Shown: positions 23,322 to 32,535, counted from the stretch's first letter. The stretch: DNA of 64,000 nt from Acidobacteriota bacterium (GCA_040768985.1 JAXGLX010000002.1:4298602-4362601); one strand, 5' to 3'. Notes: generated by a model from the letters alone, not told the origin. Made by a program: numbers and translations.

Positions 23322-24161
23322 ATGAGCAAACGGTGTGTTTGGTTTTTCATGCTTCTGTTGACGGTCGTATTCCTGTTCCTGTCCGCCGGGTGCGGCACGC
23401 AGCCGGAACCGGCGACCGAGCCGGCGCCGACGGAACCCGCCGAGCCGGTGATCGACTACAATGAAATGGTGTTCGTCCCGGCCGGCAAGTGCATCATTGG
23501 CGGACCGTTCGAGCACGCGGTCACCAAGACCAGCTCGCCGCCGCACGAGGTGAATCTCAAGGCGTTCTGGCTGGACAAGTACGAGGTGACCTACGAGCAG
23601 TTCCTCCAGTTTGTGGCCGAGTCCGGTTACGCCACCAAGGGCAACTGGCGCGTCTGCGACCCGAACAAGCCGCTGCACCCCATCTACAACGTCATCTACT
23701 CCGACGCCGAGGCGTACGCCAAGTGGGCCAAGAAGCGCATGCCCACCCAGGAGGAATGGGAGAAAGCCGCGTTGTGGGACGAGAAAACGCAGAAACAGCG
23801 CCAATTCCCCTGGGGTGACGAATGGATTGACGGCGCCGCCAACAGCGGCAGCCGCGTCCTGATGAACATCGGCGAGAGCAAGGGCGACGTGAGCTTCTAC
23901 GGCGCCCAGGACATGCTGGGCAACATCTTCGAGTGGACCTCGAGCTACTACGATCCGTACCCCGGCACCAAGGCCAAGGACCGAAACTACGGCATCAAGC
24001 TGATGGTGGTTAAGGGCGCGTCGCTTTACATCGACGGGACGAAGTACCCGCTGTCGGCCCGGGCGGCCTTCCCCAACAACTACCAGCTGGGCGTGGGCTT
24101 CCGCTGCGCCAAGGACGCCACTCCCGAGGACGAGGCCAAGTACAAGGACCTGTACAAGTAA
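23322..24161 (+). CDS. FGE-sulfatase domain (SUMF1/EgtB/PvdO-like) lipoprotein
   Basis: Lipobox LSAG-C; KYEVT, RMPTQEEWEKAA, FPWG, DMLGNIFEW, GFRC. Confidence 0.88.
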   Translation: MSKRCVWFFMLLLTVVFLFLSAGCGTQPEPATEPAPTEPAEPVIDYNEMVFVPAGKCIIGGPFEHAVTKTSSPPHEVNLKAFWLDKYEVTYEQFLQFVAESGYATKGNWRVCDPNKPLHPIYNVIYSDAEAYAKWAKKRMPTQEEWEKAALWDEKTQKQRQFPWGDEWIDGAANSGSRVLMNIGESKGDVSFYGAQDMLGNIFEWTSSYYDPYPGTKAKDRNYGIKLMVVKGASLYIDGTKYPLSARAAFPNNYQLGVGFRCAKDATPEDEAKYKDLYK

Positions 24162-24190
24162 AACGACCCAGCTTTGGAAATGACTGGATG

Positions 24191-24217
24191 AAAACCGGGC
24201 GAGCGCCCGGTTTTTTT
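24191..24217 (+). terminator. Intrinsic terminator
   Basis: aaaaccgggc-gagc-gcccggttttttt. Confidence 0.85.
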
Positions 24218-24221
24218 GTTG

Positions 24222-24425
24222 GTGAACAGTGAGGAGTTGGGAGATAGGAGATAGGAGTTCGTCGTGCTCGTGATTCGTAATCGTAATTCGTAATCGTGAT
24301 CGTAATCGTGATCATAATCGAAGCTCGTAATCGTCATCGTCATCGAAACTCGACACTCGTTCCCACCATTCGGATTTCGGGTCTCGCGGTTGGGGTTTCG
24401 GGGTTTGGGATTCGTGGTTCGGGGC
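24222..24425. repeat. Three adjacent blocks of degenerate short tandem repeats: GGAGATA 7-mers, TCGT(A/G/C)A 6-mers and TTCGGG(N) 7-mers
   Basis: ggagataggagataggag; tcgtaatcgtaattcgtaatcgtgatcgtaatcgtgatc...; ttcggat-ttcggg-...-tttcggg-gtttggg-attcgtg-gttcggg. Confidence 0.8.
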
Positions 24426-24532
24426 GCTCTGTTAGAATTACACGTCTCGTCTCCTGTCTCCAGATTCACCGATTCACTGAATGGAGGCAAGCTAACGGCC
24501 GAGTGGGCTGGAGTTGATTAGCCGGGTGGCAG

Positions 24533-24565
24533 CCATGACCCGGCCGCGCCAGCGGCCGCGGCATG
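24533..24565. repeat. 33-bp palindrome-containing repeat, copy 1
   Basis: ccatgacccggccgcgccagcggccgcggcatg; identical copy at 29550-29582. Confidence 0.9.
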
Positions 24566-24572
24566 GGACTAG

Positions 24573-24714
24573 GTAGCGCCCGTCCGCCGGACGGGCGCCG
24601 TGACACTCCGCACGGTGCGGGGGATTCCGATCCGCTCTCGCCGCGACTCAAACCAGAGGGTGAATCGCTCAAACGTGCCGGGGGAGCGGGCCGCGTTCAT
24701 CGAACGCGGCCTAA
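24573..24714. repeat. About 140-bp GTAG-REP doublet (REPIN-like) element, copy 1
   Basis: GTAG-cgcccgtcc-gcc-ggacgggcg ... ggccgcg-N-cgcggcc-taa; close direct copy at 30022-30165. Confidence 0.85.
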
Positions 24715-24971
24715 GGGCCGATGCCGGTCGCGGCGCAACCGGCTTCCTGGCGTGCCGTGTCAAAGCGGTGATTCGGCGCCGGGCACATCCCGGTGCTTTG
24801 TGAACTGTGCCGGGCGCCTCATCACCGCACTCCGAAAACGGATCGTGGTGATTCAGCGGGCAGCGCACATACCACCACAGGCTCACCGGTGGGAATGATC
24901 TACAGGTCCGGGTGCGCCGGGCGAAGACCCCGACGACCCTTCGGAAACGGCGAATGAAAACATCGCCAGCA

Positions 24972-27161
24972 TCAGTATTTTCCTTTCGCTTTCACTTCCT
25001 TGATCATTTCCACTGTCGGTTCAATCAGAACCTGCGGCTTGTCCACATGAATGTAATGTCCCGTGCCCCCGACCAGAATCTGCATCCCCCGGGGAATCAA
25101 GGCGGCCAAACGGTTCATCAGCTCCAGGTCCAGCTTAGTCATGGCTTCGATCGCCTCAGGGCTGAAAATGGGCGACATGGCTTTGGCCCGGCCGGAACAC
25201 GTCAGAATCACGAACGGCACCCGGGGTAGGGGTTGGCTTCTTCTCACCTGTTCCCGGGTGATGTCCCGGTAGTCGGCCTCGGTTTTTGGATTCCCGGACT
25301 CACTGAACATATCGGCTATCATCTGATCGTATGCTTCGAGGTCCTTTCCATGGAGAATGGCGCGCAGTTCCGTTAGATTGTCCTCATGCTGGACCTCTTC
25401 CAAAATGATGCCCGCCACGTCCTCCGGGTAACGAGAGGCGAATAGCCGAACGATAAAGCCACCGAAGGAGTGCCCGACCAGGATAACCGGCTTGGGAACG
25501 CCCAGCGAGTCAAGCAACAGGTGAAGGTCCTGAGCGGACCGCTCGCCATGAGCCGGCAGGTCGCCGATCTCGCTTTTGCCGACGCCGGCCCGGTCATAGG
25601 TCACCACGGTCGTGATCGCCGCCAGGGCCGGAACGACCGAATCCCAGGACGTTTGCGGAGAATTCAGGCCGCTGACCAGCACAACGGCGGGCCGGCCCTG
25701 GCCATAGACCAGACCGTGCAATTTTCGACTGCCCACGTCAATCATCTTCTCCTGGCGTCCGTCGCCCGCGACCGGATCGCCGGCGGCTGCGGCAGGGAGG
25801 GTGCAGGGGGTGGACAGCCAGGCGGCGCCGTTCCAGTAAAGGGGTATCAGCAACTCCCGGGCCGCCGGGCTGGCCGTATCGACGCCGAGGGCCTCGGCCG
25901 GCCCGGGGGTGAAATCGGCGGAGCGGCAGGCCAGGTCGTGGTCGAAGAAGAACCGCCGCAGACAGGTGTCGAACCCGATGGCAAGCCCCTCGTTGGCATG
26001 CTGGACCCGAAACGGGCTGGCGCCGACGTCGAGCTTGAATTCCCCGTCGTCCGTGCCAAGCTGCCAGATCCTCGCCTTCTCCCAGGCGTAGACGCGCGGG
26101 TTCAGCCGGTCCTTTTTCAGGTTGACGTAGGCCAGGGTGATCCCCGCCGGCGTTGACGCCGGCAGGATCCGACCCGGCCGGATCAGGTCCAGCACCTGGC
26201 CCCGCCGGGACCAGTCCGCCTCGGCCGCCAGCAGGACCGGGGTGCTGGAACGGGGCGAGTCGTTGAACGTCCCGCTGAGGTAGATCTCCTTGCGCCCGTC
26301 GCGGTTTCGGTCCCCGAAGCGGCAGTAGTGGAGGTGTCCCGGGTGCCAGATGGTCAGGAGGGGGTCCTGGCCGGCGTCCAGAATCCGGCAGCAAGCGAAG
26401 CACTCGGTGGTGTGATTTTGGAAGACAACAACCTCGGGTCGTCCGTCCCCATTGAGGTCCTCCACCCACAGGTTGGACGTTTTGAAGGAATCGTACACCT
26501 TCCCCTCGAAGTCGAGGCGGAGGTGGAGGTCTCGGGACCGCCGGTTGAATCCTCCTCCCGGTTCGCCGAGCAGCAAGCTCAGGGAACCGCCGGCCGGGTC
26601 CAGGGTGAGCAAATCCTTCCGGCCGTCCCCGTCCAGGTCGGTCAGGTGGAGGTACGTGATCCCGTTTTGTCGGTAGGAATTGAGTTTGAGCGGCGTGGTC
26701 AGGGAATGCACCAGGCGGCCAGCGGCGTCGAACAGGTCGACTCGCGACCCGGCGGTGAACTCGGCGACCTGGTAGGAGGCGAGGTCCGGTGTTGGCGCGG
26801 GGCGGAGCAGCACCAGCCCGGACCCGGCCAGCCCGAGCCCGGCCAGTAACATCGCCACGAGCGCCAGCCGGCGGCGGGTTGGATGCTCTGCCCGGACGGC
26901 GGCATCCGGCGCGGTGACTGGAACCCCCTTGTCAGGGTCGGGCCCGGCCGCCGCCGCCGAAACGGGCGGTTCCGGCCCACCCTGCCGCCATTGCTCCAAC
27001 TCGGCGGCAAAGGCGAAGACCCGCTCGCTCGATCCGCCGGCATCCCGATAGACGGGCATCCCCCGTTCTGCCGCCCACCGCTGCGCGGTGCGAACAGACC
27101 GGCCCAAATGAGCCGCGATCTCCTTCCATGATTCCAAACGCCGACCGGTTTCCTCGGTCAC
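24972..27161 (-). CDS. HTH - TM - FG-GAP/VCBS repeats - alpha/beta hydrolase fusion protein
   Basis: RRLESWKEIAAHLGRSVRTAQRW; TM LALVAMLLAGLGLAGSGLVLL; DLDGDGRKD, DLNGDGRPE, DRNRDGRKE; C-terminal YDRAGVGKS, GHSFGG, GHYIH; GTG start with GGAG RBS. Confidence 0.75.
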   Translation of the reverse strand: MTEETGRRLESWKEIAAHLGRSVRTAQRWAAERGMPVYRDAGGSSERVFAFAAELEQWRQGGPEPPVSAAAAGPDPDKGVPVTAPDAAVRAEHPTRRRLALVAMLLAGLGLAGSGLVLLRPAPTPDLASYQVAEFTAGSRVDLFDAAGRLVHSLTTPLKLNSYRQNGITYLHLTDLDGDGRKDLLTLDPAGGSLSLLLGEPGGGFNRRSRDLHLRLDFEGKVYDSFKTSNLWVEDLNGDGRPEVVVFQNHTTECFACCRILDAGQDPLLTIWHPGHLHYCRFGDRNRDGRKEIYLSGTFNDSPRSSTPVLLAAEADWSRRGQVLDLIRPGRILPASTPAGITLAYVNLKKDRLNPRVYAWEKARIWQLGTDDGEFKLDVGASPFRVQHANEGLAIGFDTCLRRFFFDHDLACRSADFTPGPAEALGVDTASPAARELLIPLYWNGAAWLSTPCTLPAAAAGDPVAGDGRQEKMIDVGSRKLHGLVYGQGRPAVVLVSGLNSPQTSWDSVVPALAAITTVVTYDRAGVGKSEIGDLPAHGERSAQDLHLLLDSLGVPKPVILVGHSFGGFIVRLFASRYPEDVAGIILEEVQHEDNLTELRAILHGKDLEAYDQMIADMFSESGNPKTEADYRDITREQVRRSQPLPRVPFVILTCSGRAKAMSPIFSPEAIEAMTKLDLELMNRLAALIPRGMQILVGGTGHYIHVDKPQVLIEPTVEMIKEVKAKGKY

Positions 27162-27763
27162 CGTTTCTCCAACTGGTCGAAATGTTGCCAACGCCGGGCG
27201 TGCCTGCCGACTGGCAGCGTCTCCTGGCTGCGGGCGGGGTGATCGGCCATGGGCAACCCAACCCGCCCTGGGTGTGGTGCCGTCCCGGCCTGCCGGGATT
27301 GTAACCTTCCGCCCCGCCGGAAATCAACCCTGTGAGAGCCGCGAGATGCCCGCCTCAACCCGTGCGCTGTGCCGCCTGGTGTGCGCCGCTCCTGATGGAT
27401 GTGCGTCACCCATACCGAGGGCGGCGCGATTTTGGGGCGTTCAGCGGCAGGATGAGGATATTCGGCATGATCGGTTCGGATGGTCGGGCTGGCCGGTTGA
27501 TCCTGCCCGAGGCCGAGCTCGCGCGCTGCAGATGCGCGAGGTACTGTGGAGTGCGCAGACTCGTCGGCGCTCTGAATCGACGCAGGACGCGGGCGACGAG
27601 AGCCGGCACCCTCGGCTTCAGGCGTGGTGAATCATCTCCGCCCAATCGGATGCGGACGGCGGTCCTGATAATCAGAATTGCGTTGAAGTTTGCGCTTGCG
27701 TTCGGGAGGTGTGGATCCATTATAATTCGCCCTTGCTGGTGCTGTGATCAATGAGAGGCTGTG

Positions 27764-29314
27764 ATGGGGGAGCGGCGCAAGCTCACATCCTGGAAAGAAA
27801 TCGCCGAGTATCTCGACTGCACCGTCCGGACCGCCCAGCGATGGGAGCGGGAAAGCCGGCTGCCGGTATTCCGGGTCACCGGCGAGCCGGGCCGGCGGGT
27901 CTTTGCCTACACCGACGCGCTGGACGAATGGCTGCACCGGTCGCCGCCCGCTGAAGACGCCCCGGCGGGCGCCCCTCCGGTTTCCGGGGCGGACGCAACC
28001 CGTTTCGAGAACGGAGCGAGCGCCGGTGGCAGCGAACCGGTCGTACCGGTAAAACCGGCTTGCCCCACAAGCGGTATGTCGGCAGTGACGGGAGAGTCTG
28101 TTGGCGCCGGCGGCAGCGAGCCGGTGATACCGGAGGAACCGGTTGACACCACCGGCAGTGGGTCGGCGATATCAGTGGGATCGGCTGAACCGAACAAGAA
28201 GAGAATCCTCCACAGGTTTTCCCGGCCGCTGGCGGCGGTCCTGCTTGTCCTGGGGATCTTGGGATTGGGATCCGCCGCGCTGGTCTATTTTGCGGACGAC
28301 TCGTCCGGCTTCCCGTCACCACTGAGTCAAGTCAAGGCCCACGGCCACACGCTGATCGGCCTGGATGCGGCCGGCCACGAGCTGTGGCGGCGGATTCTCC
28401 CCGAGCCGGTGAACCCGGGACCCACCAATTTTCGTTTTTATTCCAACCGGGGAATGAAATCCTCCATTCGCATCGCGGACATCACCGCCGACGGCCGGCC
28501 GGAGGTCCTGGTCATCTCCGGAGACAGCTATCCGGAGGCCATCAAGCCCTGGGTGTTGAACTGCCTGGACGATGCCGGCCGGTTGCTCTGGCGGTACGAT
28601 CCGGGGGAAGTCATCCGGTACCCCAAGCGGACCAGCGACACGAACTGGCGCATCTGTGTGGACCCGGTGGACCTGGACGACGACGGACGGCGGGAACTGG
28701 TGGTGCTGTCGCGCAACCACCGGATGTTCGTGGCGAAAGTGACGGTTCTGGACGGCGACGGGCGAATCCGCAGTGAGTACGTCAATGGCGGCTGGGTGGA
28801 GGACGTGAATTACGCCGACCTCGACGGGGACGGCACCCGTGAAATCATCGCCGGCGCGTACCACAACGGCACCGCGCGACCCGCCCTGTTTGTGCTCGAT
28901 CCCCGGGACATGGGGGGCGCCTCACCCCAGCAGGACACGCCCGATTACCTGTGCCTGGATCGGCCCGCCGGACGCGAGCTGTATTATCTGCTGTTTCCCC
29001 GGGATCCCGTCATGGAACGGCTGATGCCGTTGGGATGTGTGGGTGCGGTTGAGATTCTGCCCGATGGCATCATCGCGCGGACTGATGCGTACGGCTTCCA
29101 GGTGAGCGGGACCTTGGACTATTTTCTGCGGTTCGACCTGAGTCTGGATCGGGTGGAGACCAGCAGCGCGTATGCGTTCCTGTATCGACGGCTGTTCGAG
29201 CAGGGGGAGTTGCGGCGCGCGTTCTCTCCCAAAATGGTGCGGGACCTCGATCCCGTGTTGTACTGGGACGGCACCCGCTTCATTGCCACCCGCACCCGGA
29301 ATCCGAGTCGGTAG
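27764..29314 (+). CDS. HTH - TM - FG-GAP/VCBS repeat protein
   Basis: RKLTSWKEIAEYLDCTVRTAQRWE; TM LAAVLLVLGILGLGSAALVYF; DITADGRPE, DLDDDGRRE, DLDGDGTRE. Confidence 0.78.
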   Translation: MGERRKLTSWKEIAEYLDCTVRTAQRWERESRLPVFRVTGEPGRRVFAYTDALDEWLHRSPPAEDAPAGAPPVSGADATRFENGASAGGSEPVVPVKPACPTSGMSAVTGESVGAGGSEPVIPEEPVDTTGSGSAISVGSAEPNKKRILHRFSRPLAAVLLVLGILGLGSAALVYFADDSSGFPSPLSQVKAHGHTLIGLDAAGHELWRRILPEPVNPGPTNFRFYSNRGMKSSIRIADITADGRPEVLVISGDSYPEAIKPWVLNCLDDAGRLLWRYDPGEVIRYPKRTSDTNWRICVDPVDLDDDGRRELVVLSRNHRMFVAKVTVLDGDGRIRSEYVNGGWVEDVNYADLDGDGTREIIAGAYHNGTARPALFVLDPRDMGGASPQQDTPDYLCLDRPAGRELYYLLFPRDPVMERLMPLGCVGAVEILPDGIIARTDAYGFQVSGTLDYFLRFDLSLDRVETSSAYAFLYRRLFEQGELRRAFSPKMVRDLDPVLYWDGTRFIATRTRNPSR

Positions 29315-29549
29315 TTCTCCCTACGATTGCGGGGCTGCGGTGCCGGTCTGGAGTGCGCGGACATGTCTGCGCTCTGGATTCCCGCAAAGCGGGGATTGAA
29401 CTCTTGCGGAGCATCACCGCGTCCACACCCTGCGATATTACCGAGCGCGTCCCGCACCATCCAGAGCGGTGTCATGCCGCCGGACTCCAAAGCACTGCGT
29501 GCCATCCAAAGCGGCGTCCAGCCACACCACTCACGCCACAGGCGTGGCA

Positions 29550-29582
29550 CCATGACCCGGCCGCGCCAGCGGCCGCGGCATG
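29550..29582. repeat. 33-bp repeat, copy 2
   Basis: Identical to 24533-24565. Confidence 0.9.
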
Positions 29583-29792
29583 TAGCCCGGGCCGAGAGGC
29601 CCGGGTAGCCGGGAAAATCGTCGGTACGGAAACAGCCGCGCCAGCGGCGGCGGGATAAGGGCGCCGGGTTCGGGTTGGGGTGTGGATGCACCGCCGGTTG
29701 CGGTACCGCCCGGATTGCGTCTTCCCCCGCTCCTGCGGAGCTGATCGATGGCCCGTGTTCTCCGCGCACCCGGACCTGTCGGTCCGGGCTAC
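29582..29792. repeat. Inverted GTAG-REP pair (second REPIN-like element)
   Basis: GTAGcccgggcc-gaga-ggcccggg ... cccggacc-tgtc-ggtccggg-CTAC. Confidence 0.7.
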
Positions 29793-30021
29793 ACGCCGCC
29801 GCCGCTGGCGCGGCGGGATCCTGCTGTGAACTGTGAATGATCTCCGGACGCGCGTTGCGCCGCAACGCGCACGGACAGCAGGATGTTCCGTATCATGCCG
29901 GAGGGTATGGGACGGAGGGTTTTGGGCGCCCCCCATTACGCGACACTCGATGTGTAGGGGGAGCATTCTGTTTACGCCTGCCGTCCGGCCGCGTTCGTCG
30001 AACGCGGCGTAGGGGGGCGAA

Positions 30022-30165
30022 GTAGCGCCCGTCCGCCGGACGGGCGCCGTGACACTCGGCACGGTGCGGGGGATTCCGATCCGTTTTCGCCGCGACTGGA
30101 ACCCGAGGGTGAATTGCTCAACCGTGCCGGGGGAGCGGGCCGCGTCCGGCCGGAGCGCGGCCTAC
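30022..30165. repeat. About 140-bp GTAG-REP doublet element, copy 2
   Basis: Starts GTAGcgcccgtccgccggacgggcg, ends gcgcggcCTAC; direct copy of 24573-24714. Confidence 0.85.
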
Positions 30166-30239
30166 GGCGTGCAGGCTGGAACCGACGCGCTGTCCGTTGG
30201 ATCCCGCTGATCGGTTGGGCCGCGCCCGGTGGCCGTGGC

Positions 30240-31601
30240 CTACGAGCCGCAATCGGTGTCCCGGTGTTCCATCACGGCGGCGAAGAAGCCCTCGCCTTCG
30301 GTGGCGGTGGGGAAGGTCCGGAAATAGCTGTCCGGGGTGATGAACTGCGTTCCGGCTGCGTCGGGGGGGAGCGGGCGGAAGGCGCCGGCTGCGTGCTCCA
30401 GGAACTCGTCCACCACCGCCTCGTTCTCCTCCGGCTCGGCGGAGCAGGTGGCGTAGACCAGGATGCCGCCGGGGGCCACCAGGCCGGCGGCCGCCGCCAG
30501 AATGCGACGCTGCAGGCGGCTCAGCCGGAGGATGTCCTCGGGGCCGAGCTTCCAGCGCAGGTCGGGATTCTTCTGCAGGGTGCCCGTGCCGGAGCAGGGG
30601 GCGTCCACGAGCACCAGGTCGAAGCCGGCGGCGGGCAGCGGCGGTGCCGTGGCGTCGCCGACGGCCACGCCGATCCCGTCGAGGCCCAGCGTCGCCGCCC
30701 GGCGGCGCAACACCGCCAGGCGGCCGGCGTGATTGTCCAGGGCGGTGAGGCGGGCGTCCGGGAAGCGAAGGGCGAGAGCCATGCTCTTGCCGCCGGGCGC
30801 CGCGCAGAGGTCGGCGATGGCGCGGTACGGCCGGTCGGGTACCAGCCGGCTGACGGCGAACGACCAGATATCCTGCGGGTAGCACAGCCCGGCGGCCAGT
30901 TCGTCGTCCAGGTCCCGCAGGGAGCCGTCCACGGCCAGTACCGGCAAGCCGGGCCAGGCCGGGCGCGCGGCGATGCCCCGGGCCGCCCACGCGGCGGCCA
31001 GACGCTCGGGATCGGCACGCCGGGTGTTCACCACCAGGTAGTGGATCGGCGGCTGGTTGGCGCGCTCCAGCCAGGCCACGACCGCCGCGCGCGGATAGCG
31101 CTCCAGCCACCGTTCCACCAGGAAAGGCGGATGTGCCGTAAGGCGGGCCAGCCCGTCCGGTGTGGCGGGATCGATCGCCAGCGCCTCCTCGGGTGCGCCC
31201 AGTCGCGCGGCGGCGCGGAGGATGCCGTTGGCAAATCCGCCCATGCCCCGGTACGGGGTGCGGCGGATCTCCCGCACGGCCTCGTCGACGGCGGCATAGG
31301 CGGGTACCCGCTGCAGGTAGAACAGTTGGTACAGGGCCGTCCGGAGGAGGTTTCGCACCAGGGGTGGCTGGAAACGGGGCGGGCGCCGGCACAGTGTTTC
31401 CAGCACGGCGTCCAGCAGGGACAGGCGCCGCAGGGTGCCGAGCAGCAGCTCGAAGCAGAGCCGACGGTCGACGTCGTCCAGGTTCTGGTAGGCGGGCTCG
31501 TCGGCGAGCCCCTCGGGCGTGCAACTGCGGCGGGCCAGCACCCGGCCCAGGTGTTCGGCGGCCAGCCGCCGCGGCGACGGGTGGGGCGCGCGGCTAGGCA
31601 A
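30240..31601 (-). CDS. rsmB: 16S rRNA m5C967 methyltransferase RsmB/Sun
   Basis: NusB-like N-terminus; DLCAAPGGKS, DAPCSGTG, YATCS, EENE; follows fmt. Confidence 0.92.
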   Translation of the reverse strand: MPSRAPHPSPRRLAAEHLGRVLARRSCTPEGLADEPAYQNLDDVDRRLCFELLLGTLRRLSLLDAVLETLCRRPPRFQPPLVRNLLRTALYQLFYLQRVPAYAAVDEAVREIRRTPYRGMGGFANGILRAAARLGAPEEALAIDPATPDGLARLTAHPPFLVERWLERYPRAAVVAWLERANQPPIHYLVVNTRRADPERLAAAWAARGIAARPAWPGLPVLAVDGSLRDLDDELAAGLCYPQDIWSFAVSRLVPDRPYRAIADLCAAPGGKSMALALRFPDARLTALDNHAGRLAVLRRRAATLGLDGIGVAVGDATAPPLPAAGFDLVLVDAPCSGTGTLQKNPDLRWKLGPEDILRLSRLQRRILAAAAGLVAPGGILVYATCSAEPEENEAVVDEFLEHAAGAFRPLPPDAAGTQFITPDSYFRTFPTATEGEGFFAAVMEHRDTDCGS

Positions 31602-32535
31602 ACGCGTCCCCCTCGGCGATCCGGGCGCCCCGGGCGAAGGCCTCGCCGCTCACGGCGGCGCGGCCGGGGAGCTGCACCCGGAGCAGCCGCAGCCAGCCGC
31701 CGTCGCCGGCCTGGACCGCGAGCGCGCGGCCCGCGTGGGCCAGCCGGCCGGGGTGCGCCGGTAGAAAACGGCCGGACGGCGCGTTCGCCGGCTCGGCGAG
31801 CCAGATCTTGCACGGGGCGCCGCGGAAGGTGGTCTGGGCCACCGGCCACGGATTCAGGCCGCGGATCCGGTTGAGCACCTCACCGGCGGACCGGGTCCAG
31901 TCGAGCGGGGCCATGGTCCGATTCAGGGTGGGGGCGTACGACGCCTCGCGCTCGTCCTGCGGCGTGTAGTTGGCCCGACCGGTCCGGATCAGGTCCAGCG
32001 CCTCCAGCAGGCAGCGGGCGCCCAGCTCCTTGAGGCGGTCGTGCAGGGCGGCGGCCGTGTCGTCGGGCCGGATGGGTTCCGACCGCTGCAGGAGGATGTC
32101 GCCGGCGTCCAGCCGGCGGACCATGCGCATGATGGAAACGCCGGTGCGGGCCTCTCCCCGCAGGATCGCCCACGCGACGGGCGCGGCGCCGCGGTACCGG
32201 GGCAGCAGCGAGGCGTGGACGTTCAGCGGCGCGATCCGCGGCACGTCGAGGATCCGCTGGGGAAGGATCTGACCATAGGCGGCCACCACCAGCAGATCGG
32301 GCTGGAGGGCGCCCAGTTCCGCGTACGCGTCATCGCTCTTCATGGAGGCGTACTGGAACACCGGCAGCCCCCGCTCCGCCGCGAACTGCTTCACCGGCGA
32401 AGCGGTCACCTTGAGGCCGCGGCCGGCCGGCCGGTCGGGCTGGGTGATCACCGCGGCCACCGCCTCGCCGGCGTCGACGAGCGCGGCCAGCGAGGCGACC
32501 GAAAATTCACTGGAACCCATGAACACGATGCGCAT
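31594..32535 (-). CDS. fmt: Methionyl-tRNA formyltransferase
   Basis: MRIVFMG, TQPDRPAGRG, NVHASLLPRYRGAAP, LDAGD. Confidence 0.97.
   Translation of the reverse strand: MRIVFMGSSEFSVASLAALVDAGEAVAAVITQPDRPAGRGLKVTASPVKQFAAERGLPVFQYASMKSDDAYAELGALQPDLLVVAAYGQILPQRILDVPRIAPLNVHASLLPRYRGAAPVAWAILRGEARTGVSIMRMVRRLDAGDILLQRSEPIRPDDTAAALHDRLKELGARCLLEALDLIRTGRANYTPQDEREASYAPTLNRTMAPLDWTRSAGEVLNRIRGLNPWPVAQTTFRGAPCKIWLAEPANAPSGRFLPAHPGRLAHAGRALAVQAGDGGWLRLLRVQLPGRAAVSGEAFARGARIAEGDAFA

Noticed and set aside
24222-24425. Possible CRISPR array
   Set aside because: Units are 6-7 bp with no unique spacers, and no cas genes are present
24010-24517. ORFs such as MITITITIT... and DYDHDYDHDYE...
   Set aside because: Translations of the non-coding 6/7-mer tandem repeats; no RBS or protein-like composition
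27696-27726. Promoter for the second sensor gene (TTGCGT...TATAAT)
   Set aside because: The -10 is perfect but the spacer is 19 bp with a weak -35; not confident enough to list as a feature
29119-30062. ORFs in the region between the sensor gene and rsmB
   Set aside because: They run across palindromic repeats and have no recognisable domains
24533-30165. Prophage, IS or composite transposon
   Set aside because: No integrase, transposase or phage gene; no adjacent tRNA or clear target-site duplication
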